Virus record (IMG/VR): IMGVR_UViG_3300036791_000264 | Coordinates: 32,001-96,000 of that record | Reading direction: 5' to 3' (one strand) | Source of the DNA: a virus | Length of the DNA stretch: 64,000 bases | Part shown: positions 59,098 through 64,000 of the stretch, piece by piece | Layout of the letters: each line of letters starts with the position of its first letter | Position numbering within the stretch: position 1 is the stretch's first letter | Program-made: the position numbers and the translations under genes | The notes under the pieces: model-generated | What the model was told of the DNA's origin: nothing | What the model saw: the letters and a program-made list of their open reading frames with translations, nothing else | Databases searched by the model: none

Positions 59098-59243
59098 TGA
59101 AGATCCGCATCACCATGGAGGTGGCTGAGGAGTACTCCGACGCTGACCATGACATGGGCGTCACTGAGGCGGCGTATGAGGAGATCACTGACGCCCTGTC
59201 CTCCTACGGGGATGACGTGGAGATCAAGAAGGTGGTGGGCTGA
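59097..59243 (+). CDS. 48-aa acidic peptide (absent from the ORF track)
   Basis: TGATG coupling at both ends; translated by hand. Confidence 0.55.
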   Translation: MKIRITMEVAEEYSDADHDMGVTEAAYEEITDALSSYGDDVEIKKVVG

Positions 59244-59860
59244 TGCCGCACCAGACCTACTACCAGCAGTACTGCAACACCAGCGCCACCACCAACAGCA
59301 TTCAGTACTACGTGCCTACGTGGACGAGCAACGCCAGCAACATCTCCACTCAGTGGTACCAGCCCACCCAGACCCACACCTACCAGACCGTCAACACTTA
59401 CAGCAATGAGGTCTGGAACCAGTGGGTGATCATGGGCAATGGCACCATGACCATCAGTCCTCAGTCCGCTTTCCGGGTGGAGACTCCGGAGGAGATCGAG
59501 GCTCGGCGCGAGGAGCGGGCACGAGAGGCTCAGGAGCGGGTCGCAGCCCGGACACGGGCCAGGATCTTGCTGGAGGACTTCCTCTCCGACGAGCAGAAGG
59601 AGGAGTTGAACTACCACAGCCGCTTCCATGTCACCGGGTCCAGGGGCCGGCGCTACTGCATCCGCACCAGCGGTCAAGCTGGCAACGTCGACCTGCTCAA
59701 GCCTGATGGAAAAGTCCAGGCCACCCTGTGTTGCCACCCTCGGGGTTACCTGCCCGATGGGGACGCCTGGCTCATGCAGATGGTGGAGATCCGCCATGAC
59801 GAGGAGCATTTCCTCCGCACGGCCAATGTCCACCGGGGTTCGCTCCCCATTGCCGCCTGA
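59243..59860 (+). CDS. Protein with low-complexity N-terminus and C-terminal CxHP...GD domain
   Basis: 'FHVTGSRGRRY.I', 'LCCHP..YLPDGDAWLMQ...DEEHFLRTAN'. Confidence 0.65.
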   Translation: MPHQTYYQQYCNTSATTNSIQYYVPTWTSNASNISTQWYQPTQTHTYQTVNTYSNEVWNQWVIMGNGTMTISPQSAFRVETPEEIEARREERAREAQERVAARTRARILLEDFLSDEQKEELNYHSRFHVTGSRGRRYCIRTSGQAGNVDLLKPDGKVQATLCCHPRGYLPDGDAWLMQMVEIRHDEEHFLRTANVHRGSLPIAA

Positions 59861-60039
59861 CGCCATCCAGTTACGCCCTCGTGGACCCTGGCACCTGATA
59901 CGACCAGGGTCAGGGTCCACTCGGCATACGTACTGTGGCTTCAACGTCATCAGTCTCAACCCGCGGTACCCCTTGGCTCACCTTGCTGAGAGCGAGCCAC
60001 GCTGCAAGGTATGCATAAAGCACCTCAGGGAGGCACTCG

Positions 60040-60522
60040 ATGCCCCTGAGTAACCTTCCCGGTCCCTGGCGCTGGGAGCAGCGCAACGGGCTGTGGTGGC
60101 GGGTCCACCAGACCCAGCACATCGAGGACGGCCCCCACACCTGGAATGAACTGAACCTGGGCTTCGGCGGGTTCGGGCAGCACGGCCACAGCGACTGGTA
60201 TGACCGCGACGGCGAACCGCTGCCCATGTTGGTGGCTTCTGACCTGCTGGCTGATGAGGAGTACAAGATCGTCAAGCAGGACGTGTGGGTCTACGACGGC
60301 GAGCCGGTGCAAGTCTCCACGGTGTGGCTGGGCCTGGATCACAACTGGTGGCCGGGAGGGCCGCGCAAGATCTTTGAGACCATGATCTTCGGCGGCAAGC
60401 TCCACATGGAGCAGTGGCGCTACTCGACCGAAGAGCAGGCTCTAGCCGGTCACGAAGACGCTGTCAAGCTCCTCCACGCCGCCTACGCTGATCCCACGAA
60501 GCAGCAGAATGGGAGCGAATAA
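60040..60522 (+). CDS. Phage hypothetical protein
   Basis: 'VSTVWLGLDH...FETMIFGG...RYSTEEQALAGH'. Confidence 0.7.
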   Translation: MPLSNLPGPWRWEQRNGLWWRVHQTQHIEDGPHTWNELNLGFGGFGQHGHSDWYDRDGEPLPMLVASDLLADEEYKIVKQDVWVYDGEPVQVSTVWLGLDHNWWPGGPRKIFETMIFGGKLHMEQWRYSTEEQALAGHEDAVKLLHAAYADPTKQQNGSE

Positions 60523-60789
60523 ATGGCGAAGATCGCAGCTATCCAGTGTGACCTGAAGTCCTGCGGGAAGATGGACTCGCCCGCTGACGGGGCCGACATG
60601 CCTGGGGGCTGGTTCCTGGTGGACATCGCCCAGGAAGGCCAGGGCAACATGGAGGGCCGGGTGTTCTGCTCCTGGGCCTGCATCTCCCGGTGGGCCAACG
60701 ACCGCATCGTAAGCCCCCCCAAGCGGACGCGGCGCACCAGGGCCGAGATGCTGGCGGCTGCCGCGGACAAGTCCGGTGCCCCGGCCTGA
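60523..60789 (+). CDS. Zn-binding hypothetical protein
   Basis: CDLKSC...FCSWAC. Confidence 0.6.
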   Translation: MAKIAAIQCDLKSCGKMDSPADGADMPGGWFLVDIAQEGQGNMEGRVFCSWACISRWANDRIVSPPKRTRRTRAEMLAAAADKSGAPA

Positions 60790-61102
60790 CCCCTGGCAGG
60801 ACGCCAGCGCCAAAGCCTGGGTCCGACACGTCCTCAAGGACATGCTGCCCAAGCTGGAGGGTGCTTCCATCACCATCTCCTTGGTGCCACAGGACAGGGA
60901 GGGTGATGTCAAGTTCTGGGTGGAACTGGGGGCCTCGATCATGTTCGACAAGCCCTTGATCGCTGTCCTGTTGGGCGACGCCCCCTGCCCTCGTAAGTTG
61001 GCCCTGGTCGCGGATGAGATTGTCAGGTGCCCGGATGGCATTGATCCGGCCAGCAGTGAGGAACTGGCCGCGGCCCTCAAGCGAGTGCTGGGCGATGAGT
61101 GA
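60776..61102 (+). CDS. Possible nucleoside-deoxyribosyltransferase-like small protein
   Basis: 'VELGASIMFDKPLIAV' resembles the NDT 'ELG.A....KP' motif. Confidence 0.4.
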   Translation: MPRPDPWQDASAKAWVRHVLKDMLPKLEGASITISLVPQDREGDVKFWVELGASIMFDKPLIAVLLGDAPCPRKLALVADEIVRCPDGIDPASSEELAAALKRVLGDE

Positions 61103-61430
61103 CGTTCCGGAGAACCTGGAGGCATTCCCCCCGGTCCCCGAACTGGGGGGCGCCATCGGTCGAACAGCGTCAGATGCCTGTCGCCAGGGCCAGCATGATC
61201 TGTGCAAGGACGACACATGCATGTGTCGCCATCACGAGCGGCTGTGGTACGACAAGGTGCCCAGTGCCTGACAAGACTCGTGATGAACTGCGGGAACGTA
61301 TGGCGATCTTGGTGGCAGGACGTATGGCTATGCACTGGCCTCTCCAGTGCCCGATGTGCCCAGACAGGGCTGTGATGGCTCTGGACATCGTGGACTCCAT
61401 CCTGGCTGACCCTGAGTTTGCCCCTGACCG

Positions 61431-61904
61431 ATGACTCGTGAAGAGGTCTTCAACATCATCGCCACCCTCCTGGAGGAAGGCGGCGAGATCGAGACTGTGA
61501 GCGAGCGGATCATGGAGGCCCTGGAGGTGCTGGGCGAGGATCTGCTCGACCACCTGGATCCTCCAGTCGGCCTCCGGAGGTGGTTAGAGTCCCACGGCCT
61601 CTCCCTGGTCGTTACCTCCGAGATCACTCCCCCTCAGGTCTGGGAGGCGATCCAGGGAGAGGCCGTGGAAGTCGTGGAGGAGAAGCTGGAGATGGAACCA
61701 ACTCCTGAACTCCAGGTGGGTGACTACGTCGAGTTCCAGACTGCCACCACCGGGCCGCGGGGACAGAGCAGGATCGGCTCGGGATACGTCAAGAACCTCG
61801 CTCACGACACCGCGGAGGTGGAGTTCTCACCGGGCGGCGCCGGCATCATCCTGTTCCCTGGGATCGACTTCATCAGGGTGGTCACTTCGCCGCCTGTTCC
61901 CTGA
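61431..61904 (+). CDS. Hypothetical protein with an SH3-like C-terminus
   Basis: 'LQVGDYVEF...G.V'. Confidence 0.55.
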   Translation: MTREEVFNIIATLLEEGGEIETVSERIMEALEVLGEDLLDHLDPPVGLRRWLESHGLSLVVTSEITPPQVWEAIQGEAVEVVEEKLEMEPTPELQVGDYVEFQTATTGPRGQSRIGSGYVKNLAHDTAEVEFSPGGAGIILFPGIDFIRVVTSPPVP

Positions 61905-62121
61905 CGAAGCGCTCAAGCTCTTCCCTGGCGAACAGGGTGCGGCTGCCCAACTTGATGGGGTGAAGCTCCTTGTTCTGGACGAAGCGATAGACCATGGCCT
62001 TGCTGATGCCACCCAGCATTCTGGCCGCGTCGTCAGCGCTGTAGAGCAGGGGCGTGTCTTCGACCGGAGCCGGCTCTTCCGGCTCCGGTTCTTCATTGCT
62101 ACGGACGAGCCGGCGGGGCAT
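61882..62121 (-). CDS. Excisionase-like HTH DNA-binding protein
   Basis: 'LYSADDAARMLGGISKAMVYRFV..EL.PIKLGSRTLF'. Confidence 0.85.
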   Translation of the reverse strand: MPRRLVRSNEEPEPEEPAPVEDTPLLYSADDAARMLGGISKAMVYRFVQNKELHPIKLGSRTLFAREELERFVREQAAK

Positions 62122-63092
62122 TAGCGGGGTGTGCGGACCAGGCGCGGACGCTTGGCGGGGGCCTCCTCCTCAGGCTCGTCTTCCACGTCCATCGGCTCCT
62201 CTGGCTCGGTGTTGAAGGCGAAGCCTTCAGCCGCGGTGGAGAACTTGGTCAGCCACTCATCGAGGCCCGCCATGAACCGGGAGCCAAAGGTGTCCAGGAT
62301 GTCCCGCAGACCGTCCAGGAAGCTCGCTGCGGCTCCCGTTTCCACAGCACCGCCTGTGACCGCCTGTGACCCCACAGAGGCGACTGGCGCCCCCTCAGCG
62401 GTTCCCTGGGCCTCCAGGATGGCGACGATCATGTTCTCACGGGCCTTGCGGGGAGCCAGGCCCAGGCTCTCAGCGATGGCCTTGACCTCCGCATGGCTCA
62501 TCTTCTCCATGGCGGCACGGGTGTGGAGATCGCCGGCAGCTTCGGCCTCAAGCTCCTGAACCGCTTCGGCCTCGTCCTCACCCTCGTCTTCCTCCTCGTC
62601 AGGCGCCTCTTCGCCCTCAGCCTCGACACCCAGTTCAGCCAGGCCGTTGGTCAAGTCCAAGACCTTGATGTCGGCGTCGAGGAACTTACGGACGATGCCC
62701 TGAAGCTCGTCGTCACGCTTCTCATCCCACAGCACCATGAGGACCGCGTTGGGGGCCTCCACCAGCAGGGTCTCCATCTGGGTGAACACGTCGGTGACGA
62801 GGTACTGGTTGGCGGCGCCCTGGGCGATCTGGATGTACGCCCGCCGTTTTTTGTCCTCGGTGTTGGTGATGACCTCGTAGGTGATCTTCGACTTGCGGGC
62901 CATGTCGGCAAACTGGCCCAGGGTGTCGCTGAACTCGGCGGTGGTCAGGGGGAAGATGAACTTGGCCGGTTCGTCGGGCTTGATGGCCTCGTTGATGAAC
63001 TCCTCGATCAGGTCGATGCCGGCATCGGCCTCTATCTCTCCGGTCCCGACGAACCCGATGGTGATTCCTTCGGGGGGCTTTCCTCTTGGCAT
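62121..63092 (-). CDS. Acidic protein: Rossmann-like N-domain + Rho-N/HeH-like helix bundle
   Basis: 'TIGFVGTG'; 'MEKMSHAEVKAIAESLGL..RKARENMIVAIL'. Confidence 0.6.
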   Translation of the reverse strand: MPRGKPPEGITIGFVGTGEIEADAGIDLIEEFINEAIKPDEPAKFIFPLTTAEFSDTLGQFADMARKSKITYEVITNTEDKKRRAYIQIAQGAANQYLVTDVFTQMETLLVEAPNAVLMVLWDEKRDDELQGIVRKFLDADIKVLDLTNGLAELGVEAEGEEAPDEEEDEGEDEAEAVQELEAEAAGDLHTRAAMEKMSHAEVKAIAESLGLAPRKARENMIVAILEAQGTAEGAPVASVGSQAVTGGAVETGAAASFLDGLRDILDTFGSRFMAGLDEWLTKFSTAAEGFAFNTEPEEPMDVEDEPEEEAPAKRPRLVRTPR

Positions 63093-63198
63093 GGTCACTC
63101 CTTAGATCGACGCGCTCAACCGCTCAACCCACTCTTAGCGCCCCCAGTCGGTCCCTGCGTCGCTCCGGGGGATTTCCTCCGGACCCCCAGACAGCCGA

Positions 63199-63223
63199 AA
63201 GCCCCCCTGGAACCGGGGGGCTT
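63199..63223 (-). terminator. Hairpin terminator
   Basis: AAGCCCCCC-tggaacc-GGGGGGCTT. Confidence 0.55.
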
Positions 63224-63305
63224 CCTGACTACCGCATGTTCTCCGGGCTGGAATAGGAGATCAGCGCTTGTGACCATACAGGACCGGGTACTACATGTCC
63301 AGCAC

Positions 63306-63611
63306 TTACCTCCTGCGACCTCTCCCTAGTACCTCAGACACGATCCGATCCCGGTGATGTCGGAGGGTGGTGTCCAGCGCGTGTACGAGCATGGAAATCC
63401 CGGAGGCGCCTACGGCGATCAACGCCCTGGTTTCTGCTGGACGGTGCATGACGAGCAGTGACAGCAGGCCACAAAGGAGCAGGTTGATGCCCGCTTTCCA
63501 CCATGCCTGCTGTCGGAGGATGCCTACCCGGATCATGACTTCTTTCCAAAGCTCGGTGATCCGAGTGGCGCCGAAGCCGATCAGGAGGGCGTAGCCGAGA
63601 TCGGCTGCCAT
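63306..63611 (-). CDS. Small membrane protein (possibly holin-like)
   Basis: About three hydrophobic segments and a basic C-terminus. Confidence 0.5.
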   Translation of the reverse strand: MAADLGYALLIGFGATRITELWKEVMIRVGILRQQAWWKAGINLLLCGLLSLLVMHRPAETRALIAVGASGISMLVHALDTTLRHHRDRIVSEVLGRGRRR

Positions 63612-64000
63612 CACCACAAGGTGGGATCAAGCGGCGGCGTGACGGCCCCAGATGCGTAGGTGATCGAGTAGGTACTACCCATTGGCAGCCAACGATACAT
63701 CTCGGCGGTCAGGCGGGCGATGCGAGGGGTGCGGCGAGGGAAAATGTAGCTGGCATTGCTGACCGGGTCTGCGACAAAATCCCCACTGGATGATGACGCA
63801 GAAGTAGCGTCCATGTATGGCGCCACTGCCTCAGACGGCGACAGCATGGCTGAGTTCAGCAGGAACCGGGCTAACTGGGCGGCGGGGAAGCGTATGAACG
63901 GGTACATGGTGGTGGGCAGGACTCCGGTGACAGCCTCTGTAGGTGGGTCGCTCAGAGAAAATGGCCCGTTCGGTGGGGCGATGCTGTAGCGGGCATATTC
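63611..64000 (-). CDS. 3' end of a probable baseplate/tail structural gene (partial)
   Basis: Frame is open to the window edge; C-terminal 'RL...WLPMGSTYSITY'. Confidence 0.5.
   Translation of the reverse strand, partial: EYARYSIAPPNGPFSLSDPPTEAVTGVLPTTMYPFIRFPAAQLARFLLNSAMLSPSEAVAPYMDATSASSSSGDFVADPVSNASYIFPRRTPRIARLTAEMYRWLPMGSTYSITYASGAVTPPLDPTLW

Noticed and set aside
61882-62121. Prophage excision module
   Set aside because: Only an Xis-like HTH is present; no integrase or att site was seen in the window.

Overview
This window is a segment of a large, GC-rich tailed phage, most likely a myovirus of Actinobacteria. That call rests on contractile-tail baseplate genes, a LysM-Rpf gene, a Gram-positive/actinobacterial-type LexA box and many leaderless promoters. 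No integrase, tRNA, rRNA or CRISPR array was recognised. Layout: 1-8.6 kb baseplate hub, a gpV/gp5-OB protein fused to collagen, and modular tail fibres with C1q-like heads; 8.6-27 kb small mixed-orientation genes (IPT/SAP, KTSC, GHKL-zincin, ParB-like, HAD-like, ART-like, two GNATs, degenerate TGT-like); 27-33 kb dCTP deaminase, GT2-TPR glycosyltransferase and a DNA methyltransferase; 33-46 kb a divergently transcribed early region (ArdC, DUF2958, split HARP/SNF2 helicase) with a shared promoter motif; 45.9-46.6 kb a skewed non-coding tract with five LexA-box-like sites; 47-64 kb vWA, TopoVI-A-like TOPRIM, LysM-Rpf, ParB-like, HTH and the end of another structural gene. The most notable signals are: (1) seven mostly unrelated proteins share an N-terminal (A)L[SN]xxQF tag, a candidate capsid-targeting signal for an injected effector cargo; (2) a small protein ending in Gly-Gly next to a Cys-His protein, a candidate ubiquitin-like system; (3) a recurrent terminal RRLVR peptide; (4) the SOS-box cluster. 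All family assignments come from motifs recognised by eye; no database searches were run.
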